A stretch of DNA of 64,000 nt from an uncultured Methanoregulaceae archaeon (GCA_963737635.1 CAVTTL010000001.1:928001-992000); one strand, 5' to 3'. Shown: positions 1-13,681, numbered from the stretch's first letter. The notes: generated from the sequence alone by a model not told the origin. Numbers and translations: made by a program.

Positions 1-2
1 TC

Positions 3-838
<836 letters not shown>

Positions 839-881
839 GCCTATCTACAGATTTATGTGGATGCAAACAAGATGATCAACT

Positions 882-1301
882 ATGTGTGACACAAAACCGA
901 TAAAACTGGGATTTGTTGTTGCGGAGTTCAACCGCGACATCACCTACATGATGGAGATCGAGGCGCGGGAACATGCCGCGTTTCTCGGTGCAGAAGTGAC
1001 CGACTGCCTGTACGTGCCGGGTGCCTTTGACATGCCGCTTGCCATAAAAAAGATGCTCGCAGCAGGAAAAGTCGATGCGGTCGTTACCGTTGGCTGCGTC
1101 ATCGAAGGGGCGACGCAGCACGATGAGATTGTCGTGCAGCATGCAGCCCGGAAAATCATCGACCTCTCACTTGAGTTCGGTAAGCCCGTAGCCCTTGGCA
1201 TTTCCGGACCCGGCATGAGCCGGCTCGAGGCAAATGAGCGGATTGATTATGCGAAGCGCGCCGTGGAATCTGCCGTAAAAATGGTTAAAAGATTACAATG
1301 A
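882..1301 (+). CDS. ribH: 6,7-dimethyl-8-ribityllumazine synthase
   Basis: [14 protein letters not shown] and [11 protein letters not shown] motifs. Confidence 0.95.
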   Translation: MCDTKPIKLGFVVAEFNRDITYMMEIEAREHAAFLGAEVTDCLYVPGAFDMPLAIKKMLAAGKVDAVVTVGCVIEGATQHDEIVVQHAARKIIDLSLEFGKPVALGISGPGMSRLEANERIDYAKRAVESAVKMVKRLQ

Positions 1302-2437
1302 GGCCTCTTTCGGAGAAGGTTGCGGCGATCGTCCCATCCGCGACTATCGAGATCTCCAACCGGGCAAAAAAGATGCAGCGGGAGGGGATTGATGTCATCA
1401 GCCTCTCGATCGGTGAGCCCGATTTTGATACCCCGAAACATATCCGGGATGCCTGCATCGATGCCCTGAACCGGGGAGAGACTCACTACGCACCCAGCAA
1501 CGGTATTCCCGAACTGCTTACCGCGATCAGCCAAAAGATTACCGCCGAGAATAAGTTCCCCTGCAAGCCGAACCAGGTAATCGTTACCTGCGGGGCAAAG
1601 GACGCCATCTACGAAGGCATGGAAGCAATCCTGAATCCCGGCGACGAAGTTCTCCTTCTTACACCGGCATGGGTCTCGTACGAGCCTTGTGTCCAGATGG
1701 CTGGAGGTAAGGTTGTCAAGCATGCGGTCAACCAGAAGACCTTCCAGCTCGATGACTCCATCCTTGAGCGGGTCAATGCCTCTACCAAGATGATCATAGT
1801 TAACTCGCCATCGAACCCTTCAGGAGCTGTATTTGACCGGAAATCGATGAATCTTATCGCCGATCTCTGTGAGGATCACGATCTCTATGCGATGTCCGAC
1901 GAGATCTACGAGAAACTGGTCTACGGAAAAGAGCATATCTCGCTTGCCAGTATCGATGATATGGCAGAGCGGACGATTACGATCAACGGCTTTTCCAAAG
2001 CCTATGCAATGACTGGCTGGCGGCTCGGGTACGCGGTGGCTCCATCAAAGATCATCAACGAGATGTCCAAGGTGCAGCAGCACTCAGTTTCCCAGGCAAC
2101 CACGTTTGCCATGTGGGGTGCGGTCGCGGCTCTCAACGGGGACCAGCGCTGCGTCGAAGAGATGCGCACCGAGTTTGATCGGCGGCGTACCTATGTCATG
2201 CAAGAACTCGTCCGGATGGGTTACAAGACCGCACCGGCAGATGGTGCGTTCTATGCTTTCGTGAAAGTAGCCAGTGATGACATGGAAATTGCGACCCGGT
2301 GGCTTGAGAAGGGACATGTGGCAGCAACCCCGGGCAGCGCCTTTGATGCACCCGGCTGGATCCGGCTCTCGTATGCAGCCTCCATGGACCGGCTCAAAGA
2401 AGCGATGGACCGGATCAGAAACGCTGGTGGAAACTAA
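1298..2437 (+). CDS. aspC: PLP-dependent class I/II (aspartate) aminotransferase
   Basis: [20 protein letters not shown] and [12 protein letters not shown] (PLP lysine) motifs. Confidence 0.85.
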   Translation: MRPLSEKVAAIVPSATIEISNRAKKMQREGIDVISLSIGEPDFDTPKHIRDACIDALNRGETHYAPSNGIPELLTAISQKITAENKFPCKPNQVIVTCGAKDAIYEGMEAILNPGDEVLLLTPAWVSYEPCVQMAGGKVVKHAVNQKTFQLDDSILERVNASTKMIIVNSPSNPSGAVFDRKSMNLIADLCEDHDLYAMSDEIYEKLVYGKEHISLASIDDMAERTITINGFSKAYAMTGWRLGYAVAPSKIINEMSKVQQHSVSQATTFAMWGAVAALNGDQRCVEEMRTEFDRRRTYVMQELVRMGYKTAPADGAFYAFVKVASDDMEIATRWLEKGHVAATPGSAFDAPGWIRLSYAASMDRLKEAMDRIRNAGGN

Positions 2438-2598
2438 AATCCACCGCGTTGTCATATACTTTTTTTAAAATGATTAGGTCTCAGTGAGGCAGCTTCAAAA
2501 TAATTATTTTTAGAGCCGGGCACGCCAGTGTGTCAGTTGATAGTACAGGTCGACAGGTACATTAACCTGATATGGTAATCTTTCACAAGATACCCACC

Positions 2599-4012
2599 AT
2601 GGACGCGAAGCAGAAGCTCATTATAGCGATTCTCATGCTCGGTACGCTCATGGGATCGGTTGATTCCACCATCGTTATTCTCGCCTTTCCCACTATCACA
2701 TCCTCCCTGCATGCAACCTTCATCGCCACCCTTTGGGTGATCCTGATCTACCTTCTGGTTGTCGCGGTCTGCACAACCCAGCTCGGCCGGATCGGCGATA
2801 TCTATGGCAGGAGCCGGATGTTCAATGCCCGGCTTTGGGATCTTCACGGTCGGTTCACTTTTCTGCGGCCTCTCATCCAGTATCTCGTTGCTAATCGCCT
2901 CCCGGGTTGTTCAGGGCATCGGAGGAGCACTGATGCAGGCAAACAGCGGCGCCATCGTCGCTGATACGTTCCCGCCAAATGTGCGGGGAACGGCATTTGG
3001 CTATATCTCTCTTGGCTGGACAAGCGGGGCGATGCTCGGTATCGTCCTTGGCGGCCTCATCACGACCTATGTGGGCTGGGAATACATCTTTTTTATCAAC
3101 GTTCCCATCGGTATTCTGGCTACCGTTCTCGGATTCCGGTACCTCACGGAGAATCCCCGGGTACATGCAAATCTGGATCTCCCGGGGATGATTCTCCTTG
3201 GTGGAGCACTTACTTCATTCTCTTTTTCCGGGGTAGACTTTGCAACCGAGGGAACGGCCCTCCCAAACATTGTCACATTCTGTCTCGGGATTGTTCTTAT
3301 CGTTCTTTTCGTACTCTTCGAACGAAGTACTGCAAAGCCTATTATCGATTTTTCTGCATTACGCAACCGTATCCTCAGGTATTCCATGATGGCGGCCTTC
3401 TTCCTAAGCCTCGGGTACCTGTCCGTGGTATTTCTTATTACGATGTACCTCCAGGGGATCCGTGCCTTGTCCCCTCTTGACGCCGCACTCCTCCTTACCC
3501 CGGGATATGTCGTGGGCAGCTTCCTCTCCCCGTACATGGGCAGGCTCTCTGATCGGTACGGGGCGCGGATTCTTGCTACCTCCGGAACAGCGATGCTGAT
3601 CCTTGCTACGCTCATCTACGTGACGTTCACCGTTGATACCCCCCTCTGGGAGGTACTGGTTGCATCGGGCATCTCCGGTCTCGGAACGGCGATGTTTTTC
3701 CCATCAAACAACAGTGCGGTCATGGCAAACACACCGGAGGGTTCCTATGGGGGGATATCCGGTATCCTCAGGACCGTACAGAATATCGGGATCCTGGGAA
3801 GTTTCGTCATTGCCATTACGGTCTCCGCGGCCGCAATACCCCGTGAAGTGGCGTTCGAGGTCTTCATCGGCACCACCAATCTCGTGGGCGGGGTCTCCTA
3901 TGCGTTCATCAAGGGCATCGATGGTGCTCTTCTTGCATCGGTTCTCATTATCGGCATTGCCGGGGCGCTGTCGTGGATGAGAGGACACGAAATCCGGGAA
4001 TCAGCGCTGTAA
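2599..4012 (+). CDS. MFS drug/H+ antiporter (DHA2 type); frameshift near 2829
   Basis: Two overlapping ORFs (2572-2964, 2759-4012) join at ttc aat gcc C ggc; GRIGDIYGR and GRLSDRYGAR MFS motifs; the extra base is probably an assembly error. Confidence 0.85.
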
Positions 4013-4070
4013 GAAGAAACAGGAATTCCTGTTCGAAAATCGTTTTACGCTCGTCAAATCGTGAGGGGGA

Positions 4071-4934
4071 TCATTGTCCCTTTTTCCACCAGATCTTCGC
4101 AAACGTCGACTCGCCGGAGATAACAACATCATCGCCATCAGTGTGCAACAGTGACGCCAAGTACGTACCCAGCACCTGTTCCTGCGTCGGGGTCGCTGCA
4201 TCAAACCTCTTACGGAAAAAGTCCGTCATCTCCCTGCGTGACGGGAACCGGTACTCCTTATCGAGCGGGAGCATCTCGACATTTGCATAGATCCCCATCT
4301 GGTACAACACATTCCAGAGGCAGTCCGCTTTCGGTCCAGGATAATAGGGTATTCCATGGAGCGGCATGACCAGATCGGCATACATCCGCTCCCAGAACGG
4401 CAAATCGACGAACCAGTACAAACATACCTCCCCACAGGAGGCCGTGTCCATCTTTAACACCGCCTCCCGGATATCGTGCATCGTGAGGGAAAGTGAGGCA
4501 ATCACAAGGTCATAAGGCACGGAAAGGTCGCGGTCAAGATCCACGTCCTCCCATGTTTTTTCGATACAGGTAATGTTGGCGATCCCCGCTTTTCCTGCCT
4601 TTTCCTTCAGTGCGGCAATCATCCCGGCGCCGGGTTCTACTGCCGTAACATCCTTGACCTTGGCCGCAAGCGGGAGAGCAAGCGTCCCTGGCCCGGCGCC
4701 AATGTCAAGCACACGTGTAGTTTGGCTGACAGAAAGACCGTCAAGGGTCATCCTGATGCGTTTCTGGAACTCTCCATCAGAGCCTGCCGCGTACCGGTCC
4801 GCATTCTCCTTTTTGTCCCAATCGTGAGAGGTATCCCCCTTGATTCGTGCGGCGTCGTGCCAGACCTGCCGCGCCTTCCAGACCTCGTTCCAGTCCACAT
4901 CGCTGCAATCACGAGGAAAAACAGGCCCCGGCAT
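4071..4934 (-). CDS. Class I SAM-dependent methyltransferase
   Basis: VLDIGAGPG motif I, TAVEP and YDLVIAS; start chosen at MPGPVF. Confidence 0.8.
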   Translation of the reverse strand: MPGPVFPRDCSDVDWNEVWKARQVWHDAARIKGDTSHDWDKKENADRYAAGSDGEFQKRIRMTLDGLSVSQTTRVLDIGAGPGTLALPLAAKVKDVTAVEPGAGMIAALKEKAGKAGIANITCIEKTWEDVDLDRDLSVPYDLVIASLSLTMHDIREAVLKMDTASCGEVCLYWFVDLPFWERMYADLVMPLHGIPYYPGPKADCLWNVLYQMGIYANVEMLPLDKEYRFPSRREMTDFFRKRFDAATPTQEQVLGTYLASLLHTDGDDVVISGESTFAKIWWKKGQ

Positions 4935-5076
4935 ACAGGAAAAGGGTAGACGTGGCCGGTAATAGAAGTATGCCCAAGAGCCTTCTCTTTTTTTAGAATA
5001 CCACCGGAAGCCATCCATAAAAATTCGCTTGTATAACGTATAATCGCAGACACCAAAACACAAAAGTGTTCCACAA

Positions 5077-5092
5077 TGTATATATTTGTACA
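5077..5092 (+). promoter_or_regulatory. Putative TrpY operator (two TRP boxes) overlapping the trpB2 TATA region
   Basis: TGTATA-tatt-TGTACA; matches the TGTACA-N4-TGTACA TRP-box pair known from Methanothermobacter; ends 17 nt before the trpB2 ATG. Confidence 0.55.
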
Positions 5093-5109
5093 AAACAGAA
5101 TATCCGGGC

Positions 5110-6468
5110 ATGCAGACTAAGATCCTCCTTGATGAGGAGCAGATCCCCAGGAAATGGTATAACGTTCAGGCGGACCTGCCCACTCCTCTCGACCCCCCTC
5201 TTCATCCTGCCACCCACAAACCGGTCGGCCCGGATGATCTCAAGGCTATTTTCCCCATGGAACTCATCCGCCAGGAAGTCACGACAGACCGCTACGTGGA
5301 CATACCAGAAGATGTGCGTGAGGTGCTCAGGCTCTGGAGACCGAGCCCCTTGTACCGCGCCCACCGGCTGGAAAAGTTCCTCAAGACACCGGCGAAGATC
5401 TATTATAAGTGGGAGGGTGTGAGCCCGGCCGGGAGCCACAAGACCAACACGTCTGTCCCGCAGGCCTACTATAACATGAAGGCAGGTATTGAGCGGATTG
5501 CCACTGAAACCGGAGCCGGGCAGTGGGGTTCAGCTCTTGCCTTTGCAACGATGCTCTACGATCTGGAATGCACCATCTACATGGTGCGGTCCAGTTACAC
5601 CCAGAAACCGTACCGGAAATCAATGATGCATGTCTGGGGTGCGGAGTGTATTCCCAGCCCCAGCACAAAGACGAAGTCCGGGCAGGCAATCCTGGAAAAA
5701 GATCCTGAGACTCCCGGGGCACTTGGCATTGCCATCTCAGAAGCGGTTGAAGATGCAGCAACCCACGAAAACACTAACTATGCGCTGGGGTCGGTGCTGA
5801 ACCACGTCTGTCTCCACCAGACCGTTATCGGGCAGGAATGCCGGGAGCAGCTTGCTCGTGTCGATGAATATCCGGACATAGTGATCGGGTGCGTGGGCGG
5901 CGGTTCCAACTTTGCCGGCATCTCGTTTCCGTTCGCCGGGGACAAGCTGAGCGGAAAACACAAGGATATCGATATTATCGGCGTCGAACCCGCCTCCTGC
6001 CCAACGCTGACAAAGGGACTGTATACGTACGACTTCGGCGATGTAGCCGGCCTCACACCCCTTCTCAAGATGTTCACGCTCGGCCATGATTTCATCCCGC
6101 CGGCCATGCATGCAGGGGGTCTTCGCTATCACGGTGATTCACCGATCGTTTCGCGCCTGGTGCACGATGGTGTAATGCGGGCGGTAGCCTACCACCAGAG
6201 TGAGGTATTCGACGCAGCCCAGACCTTTGCCCGGACTGAAGGAATCATCGTTGCGCCGGAGACCTCCCATGCCGTGAGGTCCGCCATCGACGAGGCTCTT
6301 GCCTGCAAAAAGACCGGTGAGGACAAGACCATCCTCTTTAACTGCTCCGGTCACGGCAACTTTGACATGACGGCCTACGATGCGTTCTATAGCGGCGAGC
6401 TGGTTGACTACGAATATCCGGACGAGCTGATTAAGCAGGCAATCGGCCGGATCCCAAAAATATCCTGA
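5110..6468 (+). CDS. trpB2: Tryptophan synthase beta chain, TrpB2 type
   Basis: [20 protein letters not shown] (PLP Lys), [15 protein letters not shown] and HAGGLRYHG motifs. Confidence 0.93.
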   Translation: MQTKILLDEEQIPRKWYNVQADLPTPLDPPLHPATHKPVGPDDLKAIFPMELIRQEVTTDRYVDIPEDVREVLRLWRPSPLYRAHRLEKFLKTPAKIYYKWEGVSPAGSHKTNTSVPQAYYNMKAGIERIATETGAGQWGSALAFATMLYDLECTIYMVRSSYTQKPYRKSMMHVWGAECIPSPSTKTKSGQAILEKDPETPGALGIAISEAVEDAATHENTNYALGSVLNHVCLHQTVIGQECREQLARVDEYPDIVIGCVGGGSNFAGISFPFAGDKLSGKHKDIDIIGVEPASCPTLTKGLYTYDFGDVAGLTPLLKMFTLGHDFIPPAMHAGGLRYHGDSPIVSRLVHDGVMRAVAYHQSEVFDAAQTFARTEGIIVAPETSHAVRSAIDEALACKKTGEDKTILFNCSGHGNFDMTAYDAFYSGELVDYEYPDELIKQAIGRIPKIS

Positions 6469-6482
6469 AATCTTCCTTTTTT

Positions 6483-7583
6483 ATGCGTCGTATCGGTTTC
6501 CTCATCAACCCTGTTGCCGGTATGGGCGGATCGGTTGGACTCAAGGGAACTGACGGGAACGTTGACGAGGCACGCCGTCGCGGGGCAAGACCCCGGGCGC
6601 AGGAACGGGCGGCGATTACTCTTCGTCTGCTTTCATCCCACCAAGAAATCTTTTTCGTTACGTGTTCCGGGGAGATGGGGGCCTCAGCCTTACATGACTG
6701 CGGAGTGTCAAATTTCCGGATCGTTTACCAGTGCGAGAGAACCAGCACAGCCGACGATACAAAAAGAGCGGTGGCCGCGTTTCTCCGGGAAGGCGTTGAC
6801 CTGATCCTGTTCTGTGGGGGGGATGGTACCGCCCGGGATGTTTTTACCGTCGCACAGCGAACGGTTCCGATCCTTGGGATCCCTGCCGGAGTAAAGATGT
6901 ATTCTGCAGTATTTGCTCTCGACCCGGTGACCGCAGCAGCACTTGTTTCCGGCTCTTCCGACATGCAGGATGCAGAAGTGATGGACGTGGATGAGGAAGC
7001 GTACCGGAAAGGGGTGCTTGACACGCACCTGTTCGGGATTGCGCGTGTGCCTGCCCGTGCCCATATGACACAGGCCGCAAAACAGGTGTTCGAAGAAGCG
7101 GACGAAGACCGGGCAAAAGAGGAGATCGCACGTTTCCTGCAGGAAGTGATGATCCCCGGTGTGCTCTATATTGTCGGAGCAGGGACCACTACGGAAGCGA
7201 TCGCGCGGCGTTTGGGAATCGCAAAAACCCTGCTCGGTGTGGATGTAATACGTGACGGGAACCTTGTAGCGGTGGACGCAGATGAAAAGACACTTCTCGA
7301 TCTGGCCAGCCGGTATCCGGAAACCAGGATCATCATCAGCCCTATCGGTGCCCAGGGTTTTATCCTTGGCAGGGGAAACCAGCAGATCAGCCCGGCGGTG
7401 ATCAGGACCGCAGGACCGCAGAACCTCATCGTAGTCGCTACGCCACACAAACTCCGGGAAACACCTTCGCTGTATATGGACTCCGGGGACCCGGCGCTTG
7501 ACCGTGAGTTCGGGGAATCCATCCAGGTTATTTCAGGCTACCGGATCGCCCAAAGGAAAAAAATCTCGCGACCGGAATCATAA
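6483..7583 (+). CDS. ATP-NAD/AcoX kinase family protein
   Basis: GFLINPVAGMGG, GGDGT, GIPAGVKMYS and GQGFILGRGNQQ-like motifs. Confidence 0.85.
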   Translation: MRRIGFLINPVAGMGGSVGLKGTDGNVDEARRRGARPRAQERAAITLRLLSSHQEIFFVTCSGEMGASALHDCGVSNFRIVYQCERTSTADDTKRAVAAFLREGVDLILFCGGDGTARDVFTVAQRTVPILGIPAGVKMYSAVFALDPVTAAALVSGSSDMQDAEVMDVDEEAYRKGVLDTHLFGIARVPARAHMTQAAKQVFEEADEDRAKEEIARFLQEVMIPGVLYIVGAGTTTEAIARRLGIAKTLLGVDVIRDGNLVAVDADEKTLLDLASRYPETRIIISPIGAQGFILGRGNQQISPAVIRTAGPQNLIVVATPHKLRETPSLYMDSGDPALDREFGESIQVISGYRIAQRKKISRPES

Positions 7584-7604
7584 AAAAGGGATTGTTCATC
7601 TGTC

Positions 7605-8210
7605 TTACAGGATGGTTTTGCCGAGAGGTGCAACGGTCTTTTTGTACGTCTCGTTGAGCACCTGCGCAAGACCTGCGTAGATTGCAAGGAACCCGCAGAG
7701 GATCCCGACGTACCCCCCTATCACTGTAACGGTCCCGTTACCGGTAACCGCCCCGATTGCCAGCAGGAAGAACAGGATCGCGAGGGTGCCAAATACCGAC
7801 TGGAGAGCGTAATTTGCCTTGAGCGTCCCGACAAACATGACAAGCGTGAAGATGCCCCACATCGCCAAGTAGGCTGCCATAGAGGTCCCATCCGGTGCAT
7901 CGGCAAGCCCCATCTTCGGAAGTACCAGGAGAGCGACAAGCGTCAGCCAGAACGCCCCGTAGGAGGTAAACGCGGTTGCCCCGAACGTGTTGTTCTTCTT
8001 CCATTCCTCGATTCCGGCAATGATCTGGGCAAGGCCCCCGTAGAATAGCCCCATTGCAAGGATCACGGATCCGAACGCAAAAAAACCTGCATTATGCAGG
8101 TTCAAGAGTACGGTCGTCATGCCAAACCCGAGCAGACCAAGAGGTGCCGGGTTTGCGGTCATATCCAGATTTTTCACATTTGTTGCCTGTGGTGTCGTAT
8201 CACTTTGCAT
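7605..8210 (-). CDS. satP: Acetate uptake transporter (SatP/GPR1/FUN34/YaaH family)
   Basis: [11 protein letters not shown] signature and [15 protein letters not shown]; directly downstream of acs. Confidence 0.9.
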   Translation of the reverse strand: MQSDTTPQATNVKNLDMTANPAPLGLLGFGMTTVLLNLHNAGFFAFGSVILAMGLFYGGLAQIIAGIEEWKKNNTFGATAFTSYGAFWLTLVALLVLPKMGLADAPDGTSMAAYLAMWGIFTLVMFVGTLKANYALQSVFGTLAILFFLLAIGAVTGNGTVTVIGGYVGILCGFLAIYAGLAQVLNETYKKTVAPLGKTIL

Positions 8211-8278
8211 TTAGTCACATCTTCATGTTTTTTTCCCGCTCATATGTTCAATTGTCGTTACCGGAATTCTTTTCGCAT

Positions 8279-10174
8279 TCATTCTTCAAGCGTCGAGATA
8301 TCCCCCGGATCCATCCCGAGCTCTTTTGCCTTCAGGACCCGGCGCATGATCTTGCCGCTACGGGTCTTGGGCAGTTTATCGACGTATTCGATTTCATGCG
8401 GTACCGCTATGGGACCAAGGGTCATGCGCACGTGGTACAGGAGGTCCTGGGTGAGTTTCTCGCTCGGTGTGTTCCCAAGCCTGAGGATGACAAATGCCTT
8501 GATGGCATTGCCTTTGATGGGATCGGGTTTCCCGATCACGGCAGCTTCGGCTATCGCGTGGTGGGAGACAAGTGCGCTTTCCACTTCCGCGGTGCCGATG
8601 TTATGCCCGGAGACGATGATGATATCGTCAGCCCTGCCGATGACCATGATATAGCCGTCCTGCCCTTTGACTGCAAGATCTTCTGCAGCATAGACCCCTT
8701 CGATGGTCTCCCAGTATTTCCGGTACCGTGCGTCATTTTTGTAGATCGTGCGCATCATGGACGGCCACGGTCTTTTGATTACGAGAAAACCTCCCTGGCC
8801 CGGGGGTGTGGAATTCCCTTTCTTGTCCGTGACATCTACCTCAACGCCCGGTATTGCTTTTCCTACAAATCCCGGACGCATCGGTTCCCCGACCATAGTC
8901 GTAATCATCTGCATACCGGTCTCTGTCTGCCACCAGGTATCCACGATCGGGCACCTGCTTTTACCGATCACCCGGTAATACCACTCGAACGCCTCTGGAT
9001 TGAGCGGCTCCCCAACTGATCCGATGATCCGCAGGGAGCTAAGGTCGTATTTATTCGGCCACTCCTCCCCGACTTTCATGAACGTCCGGATTGCCGTTGG
9101 GGCCGTGTAGAATACCGAGATACGCTGTTCTTGGATAAGCTTCCACCAGCTGCCGGGATCAGGGTGATCCGGGGTGATCTCAGAGATAAACACGGTGGCT
9201 CCCACTGAGAGCGGGCCGTACACGATATAGGAATGGCCGGTGATCCAGCCGGGGTCTGCCGTGCACCAGTAGATGTCCCGCTCTTTGAGATCGAAGACAA
9301 TCTTTGTCGAGTAATATGCCCCGACCATATACCCTCCGCATGTGTGGACGACCCCCTTAGGTGAACCGGTTGAACCACTCGTGTAGAGAATAAACAGTGG
9401 ATCTTCGGCGTCCATTTTTTCAGGAGGGCAATCAGCCGGTACATCTTCCATGATACCATAGAAATCATGTTCCCGCCCCCGGATCTCAACCGGGGGTTCT
9501 TTTCGCCTCCGGTAGATAACGACATGCTCCACTGATGGTACATTGACGATGGACTCCTGGACGATAGTAATCAGGGGGATTGCCTTACCGCGCCGGATTG
9601 AAATATCTGCGGTTATCACTACTTTTGCCTCAGCCTCTTTGATCCGCATGTTCAGTGCGGTCGTCCCAAAACCCGCAAAAACGACGCAGTGTACGGCACC
9701 GATACGGGCGCAGGCAAGCATGGCGATCAGCTGCTCGGGTACCATGGGCATGTAGATACAGACCCTGTCACCCTTCTTCACGCCCAGATTCTTGAGGCCG
9801 TTTGCAAACTTCACGACTTCGCCAAGCAGCCGCTGGTAGGAGTACACCCGCTCTTTTCCTTCTTCCCCTCTCCAGATGAGGGCGACTTTGTTGCGGCGGT
9901 CACCGGCAACATGACGATCGAGACAGTTGGTGGTAATGTTGAGTTGTGCATTCACAAACCATCTGGCGTAGGGATACTTCCATTCGCAGACCTGGTCCCA
10001 AGGCCGGATCCATTCGAGCTCCTTTGCGATCTTGTCCCAGAACGCATCAGGATCCGAGAGGAACTGCTGGTAGGTCTTCCCATAGTCTCCTATCCACGAC
10101 GAACGCTTGTACTCCGCATCTGGCGTGTAGTACTTTGCATTCTCGACGAGTTTGACATCGAATTCATCGGTCAC
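8279..10174 (-). CDS. acs: Acetyl-CoA synthetase (AMP-forming)
   Basis: [32 protein letters not shown] and [12 protein letters not shown] motifs. Confidence 0.96.
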   Translation of the reverse strand: MTDEFDVKLVENAKYYTPDAEYKRSSWIGDYGKTYQQFLSDPDAFWDKIAKELEWIRPWDQVCEWKYPYARWFVNAQLNITTNCLDRHVAGDRRNKVALIWRGEEGKERVYSYQRLLGEVVKFANGLKNLGVKKGDRVCIYMPMVPEQLIAMLACARIGAVHCVVFAGFGTTALNMRIKEAEAKVVITADISIRRGKAIPLITIVQESIVNVPSVEHVVIYRRRKEPPVEIRGREHDFYGIMEDVPADCPPEKMDAEDPLFILYTSGSTGSPKGVVHTCGGYMVGAYYSTKIVFDLKERDIYWCTADPGWITGHSYIVYGPLSVGATVFISEITPDHPDPGSWWKLIQEQRISVFYTAPTAIRTFMKVGEEWPNKYDLSSLRIIGSVGEPLNPEAFEWYYRVIGKSRCPIVDTWWQTETGMQMITTMVGEPMRPGFVGKAIPGVEVDVTDKKGNSTPPGQGGFLVIKRPWPSMMRTIYKNDARYRKYWETIEGVYAAEDLAVKGQDGYIMVIGRADDIIIVSGHNIGTAEVESALVSHHAIAEAAVIGKPDPIKGNAIKAFVILRLGNTPSEKLTQDLLYHVRMTLGPIAVPHEIEYVDKLPKTRSGKIMRRVLKAKELGMDPGDISTLEE

Positions 10175-10390
10175 ATCTCATCCACTCCATATTCTACATA
10201 ATTAATCATGTTAAATCTTAAAATACATTTTGGTTGAATGGGTTTCTCCCGACCAATGAGTTCATTTTCATATATTAAAATGTCCTCATATCGCCAAGTA
10301 CAGTCTTCACTTCATAAATTGATAATGAAATTCGCGAAAAAAGACAAATACAAGAATCATTATCTATCGGAGTCTTTCAATATTGTATCA

Positions 10391-11302
10391 ATGCTGGAAC
10401 GCATAAAGGGGTGTATGCTCGGGGCGGCAGTGGGTGATGCCCTTGGCATGCCAAACGAAAGCACCACGCCCAGCCTTTCCAAGATGCGGTACGGGTTCCG
10501 CAAAGCATACAAGGGACATCCTAACGATGGCCTGATCCCCGGTCAGTATACTGACGATACCCAGACCATGCTCATCGTTGCCACACTCCTTGCCGACGGA
10601 CGATATACCGACGAGCGGTACGGCCTTGCCTTAAAGGAGTTTTATGCCCGCGAGTTGCTCCGGTTCCCTGACGGTTCGGTAACTGCTGCCTGTGACCATA
10701 TGGTTTCAGGTCAGGCACCTCCGTGCGGGGTAAAATCTACAACCGCTGGCTGTCTCCCCCCGGCACTCCCATTTGCCCTTGTTTATCCCGATATCCACGA
10801 GGGAATCGAACGAGCTGTGCGGGCGTGCTCGGTAACCCACACCCACCCCGCAGCCCATGCAGCGGTCTCCACGTTTTTGACGCTGCTGTATTGCTCCATC
10901 CATGAAATTTCCGACCCGGTCAAGACAGCTTGTCTGCAGGCCAACCGTGAGGATGAGGTGTTGGGTGGCAAGATCCATAACGCGATTAACCTTGAAAAAG
11001 AGGGTGTAGAGACGGAAACTGCCATTCTCAAAATTGGCAACGACGTGTCATTGTACCAGACGCTCCCCATCGCTTTTTTCCTGATCGGCAGGTACCAGCA
11101 CCCTGCCGACCTCTTGACTGTCGCCGCAAATGTCGGTGGAAACACGGACACGATCGGTTTTCTCTGCGGGGCATACCTTGGGGCGAGCAAGGGCGCCAGT
11201 GCAATTCCGGAGGATCTCCTGAAGAGTCTTGAAGATCGCCAGCGTATCGAGATCCTCAGCCAGAGGCTCTTTGATATTTACACCCGGAAACTTGAATCCT
11301 GA
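10391..11302 (+). CDS. ADP-ribosylglycohydrolase family protein
   Basis: GAAVGDALG, YTDDT and GGNTDT motifs. Confidence 0.88.
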   Translation: MLERIKGCMLGAAVGDALGMPNESTTPSLSKMRYGFRKAYKGHPNDGLIPGQYTDDTQTMLIVATLLADGRYTDERYGLALKEFYARELLRFPDGSVTAACDHMVSGQAPPCGVKSTTAGCLPPALPFALVYPDIHEGIERAVRACSVTHTHPAAHAAVSTFLTLLYCSIHEISDPVKTACLQANREDEVLGGKIHNAINLEKEGVETETAILKIGNDVSLYQTLPIAFFLIGRYQHPADLLTVAANVGGNTDTIGFLCGAYLGASKGASAIPEDLLKSLEDRQRIEILSQRLFDIYTRKLES

Positions 11303-11491
11303 TTTCCATTATGAATTTAAGTAAAAACTATTTTTTGTGATCCTTCAATAATCTAAATGAAGCGATCAACAACAACCTTGAAAATTCGTCCTTCAATTTT
11401 TTATCGAATTTTATGATTTACGTATGAATGCTGTTGATTTATGCATGGCACTCAAGAAAGAGTCCAAAAAAAAGAAAATTAAGAGAGCTCA

Positions 11492-11992
11492 TTAGCCCAG
11501 TGCTGCTGTAATACCTACAACACCTGACTGGATGATCAAGGCAACTGCGATGATGACGCCGGCAATTTCAAGCGCGACCGCGACATTGCCATTTTTAAGT
11601 TCTTCGAACGCCTTGATCTGCTTGGTGAGCCTGTCAAAGATGTTTATGGCAAGGTAGATGGAGCCGATTGCAAGGAGGACGCCCAGCACCAGCTGGACGA
11701 TCGCGACAACGATCACAATCAGACCGTCAACTGATGTAAATCCAAGGGCTGAAGCCTTGCTGATGCCAACCGAAATACCGGTAACACCGGACTGAACAAC
11801 AATCCCAATCGCGACAAAGATTGCAGCGACAATAATACCGAATGCAACATTACCCTTCGCAAGTTCCTTTTGCTCGTCAATGTCTCTGGTGACTTTGCCA
11901 AAGACAGAGAATCCGATATACAGTGCCACCACAGCAAAGATGACTGCTATGATCAACTGGATAATTCCAACAGCTACTGTTAAAAGATCCAT
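11492..11992 (-). CDS. DUF350-type membrane protein (two repeats)
   Basis: Four hydrophobic helices with duplicated EL.KGNVA motif. Confidence 0.75.
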   Translation of the reverse strand: MDLLTVAVGIIQLIIAVIFAVVALYIGFSVFGKVTRDIDEQKELAKGNVAFGIIVAAIFVAIGIVVQSGVTGISVGISKASALGFTSVDGLIVIVVAIVQLVLGVLLAIGSIYLAINIFDRLTKQIKAFEELKNGNVAVALEIAGVIIAVALIIQSGVVGITAALG

Positions 11993-12158
11993 AATCAAAC
12001 CTCATTTTTAATATTTGATTGTAGGCTATGTGGTACATAAATATATCTAAGACAGGAGACGCTAAAAATTTTGGATTTTACGGCATTTTCACAATATTTT
12101 TGGAGAGCGCCGGCATTCCCGCAAAAGGTTAAGTTTTCAGGAATGGAAAGATTCATGT

Positions 12159-13145
12159 ATGAAAGTTGCGATTGTCGGTGCATCCGGGTACGCCGGTGGC
12201 GAGCTGGTTCGTCTCCTGTACCATCATTCTTCTGCGGAAGTTGTCTGCGTCACGTCGCGGACACTCGCCGGGACGCCACTGGATGAGGTACACCCCCACC
12301 TTAAGGGATTTTCCTGTCTCAAATTCGAGAATCCCGCACCTGATGCCATTGATGTGGATGTTGCCCTCCTCGCTGTTCCGCACACAGCTGCCATGACGAT
12401 CGCAGGAAAACTGCTCTCGCGGGGGATCCGGGTTGTCGACCTGAGCGCCGATTACCGCCTCCCAAAGCTAGTATTTGAGAAAGTATACGGCGTCACTCAT
12501 GCGGATTATTTCTCTGCCCCGTACGGCATCCCCGAGCTGCACCGGAAGGAGTGCATCAACGCAAAGTTTGTCTCAAACCCCGGGTGTTTCCCCACCGGGG
12601 CAACGCTCGCCGCCGCACCGCTCGCACAGGCTGCACATACCATCATATTTGACTCGAAGACCGGTGTAAGCGGAGCTGGTGATAATCCTTCGGCAACGAC
12701 GCACTATCCCAACATCGGGGATAACGTCAACCCGTACAAATGGACCAGCCACCGCCACCTTGCGGAGATGAAACAGGAACTGGCATTCCTTGGTTCGAAA
12801 GCGAAATGCTACTTCACGCCTCACCTTGTCCCGGTAAACCGCGGCATCCTCACGACTGCCCACATTCTCCTCAATGAACCCATGGAGACAAAAGAGGTCG
12901 AAAAGCTCTACCGGGATTTCTACAAGGATGAGTTTTTCGTCCGGTACCAGACGCCAATGCTCGCTGCTGTGCGCGGGAGCAATTTCTGCGACATCAAGGT
13001 CGAGAGCGAGGGCCTGCGGGTTGTGGCGATCTCCGCGATCGACAACCTCGTAAAAGGTGCAAGCGGACAGGCAATCCAGAATATGAACATCATGTGTGGG
13101 TTTAAAGAGACAGACGGCATTCTTGCAGCAGGGATGCTACCCTGA
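12159..13145 (+). CDS. argC: N-acetyl-gamma-glutamyl-phosphate reductase
   Basis: [22 protein letters not shown] and [14 protein letters not shown] motifs. Confidence 0.96.
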   Translation: MKVAIVGASGYAGGELVRLLYHHSSAEVVCVTSRTLAGTPLDEVHPHLKGFSCLKFENPAPDAIDVDVALLAVPHTAAMTIAGKLLSRGIRVVDLSADYRLPKLVFEKVYGVTHADYFSAPYGIPELHRKECINAKFVSNPGCFPTGATLAAAPLAQAAHTIIFDSKTGVSGAGDNPSATTHYPNIGDNVNPYKWTSHRHLAEMKQELAFLGSKAKCYFTPHLVPVNRGILTTAHILLNEPMETKEVEKLYRDFYKDEFFVRYQTPMLAAVRGSNFCDIKVESEGLRVVAISAIDNLVKGASGQAIQNMNIMCGFKETDGILAAGMLP

Positions 13146-13160
13146 ATAAGGTGATACCCG

Positions 13161-13637
13161 ATGCTTGTTTCAGAAGCCATGACAAAAAATCCATTGACCT
13201 GCACTGTTGATACCCCGCTCCGCGATGCGGTGGCAATCCTGCGTAAGCACCATATCGGGGGATTGCCGGTACTGGAAGGTGATACCCTTGCCGGAATTCT
13301 TACGGAGTCCGATATCATCGCCCAGCTGGAGACTGAAAAGCTGTCTAATGATCTCTGGCTCCCGTCCCCCCTTGAGATCATCGAAGTCCCGATACGGGAA
13401 TATGTTAACTGGGAGAAGACCAAGAATGCCCTGCGAAACATCGGGGATACACCGGTAAAAAAGGTGATGACCCACCGGGTGGTCACCGCAACCGGGGACA
13501 TGGATATCGAGGCCGCTGCCGCCCTTATGCTCAAGGAGGGCATTGCCCGGCTGCCGGTTCTTAACGGGAAAAAACTTGTCGGTATTCTCACCCGTGCGGA
13601 TATCGTCCAGGCAGTGGGCGCGTCTTATTCAACCTGA
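13161..13637 (+). CDS. CBS-domain pair protein
   Basis: Two LPV...GILT..DI CBS motifs; lies within the arg cluster. Confidence 0.9.
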   Translation: MLVSEAMTKNPLTCTVDTPLRDAVAILRKHHIGGLPVLEGDTLAGILTESDIIAQLETEKLSNDLWLPSPLEIIEVPIREYVNWEKTKNALRNIGDTPVKKVMTHRVVTATGDMDIEAAAALMLKEGIARLPVLNGKKLVGILTRADIVQAVGASYST

Positions 13638-13681
13638 TACATCAGACACTCAATAACAGCAACTCTCGGAGGATTACGAAT

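Noticed and set aside
11303-11491. AT-rich convergent intergenic region with a TCCTTCAAT direct repeat and a partial ATCAAC/GTTGAT inverted repeat
   Set aside because: Matches are short and plausible by chance in AT-rich DNA; no TSD or clear element ends
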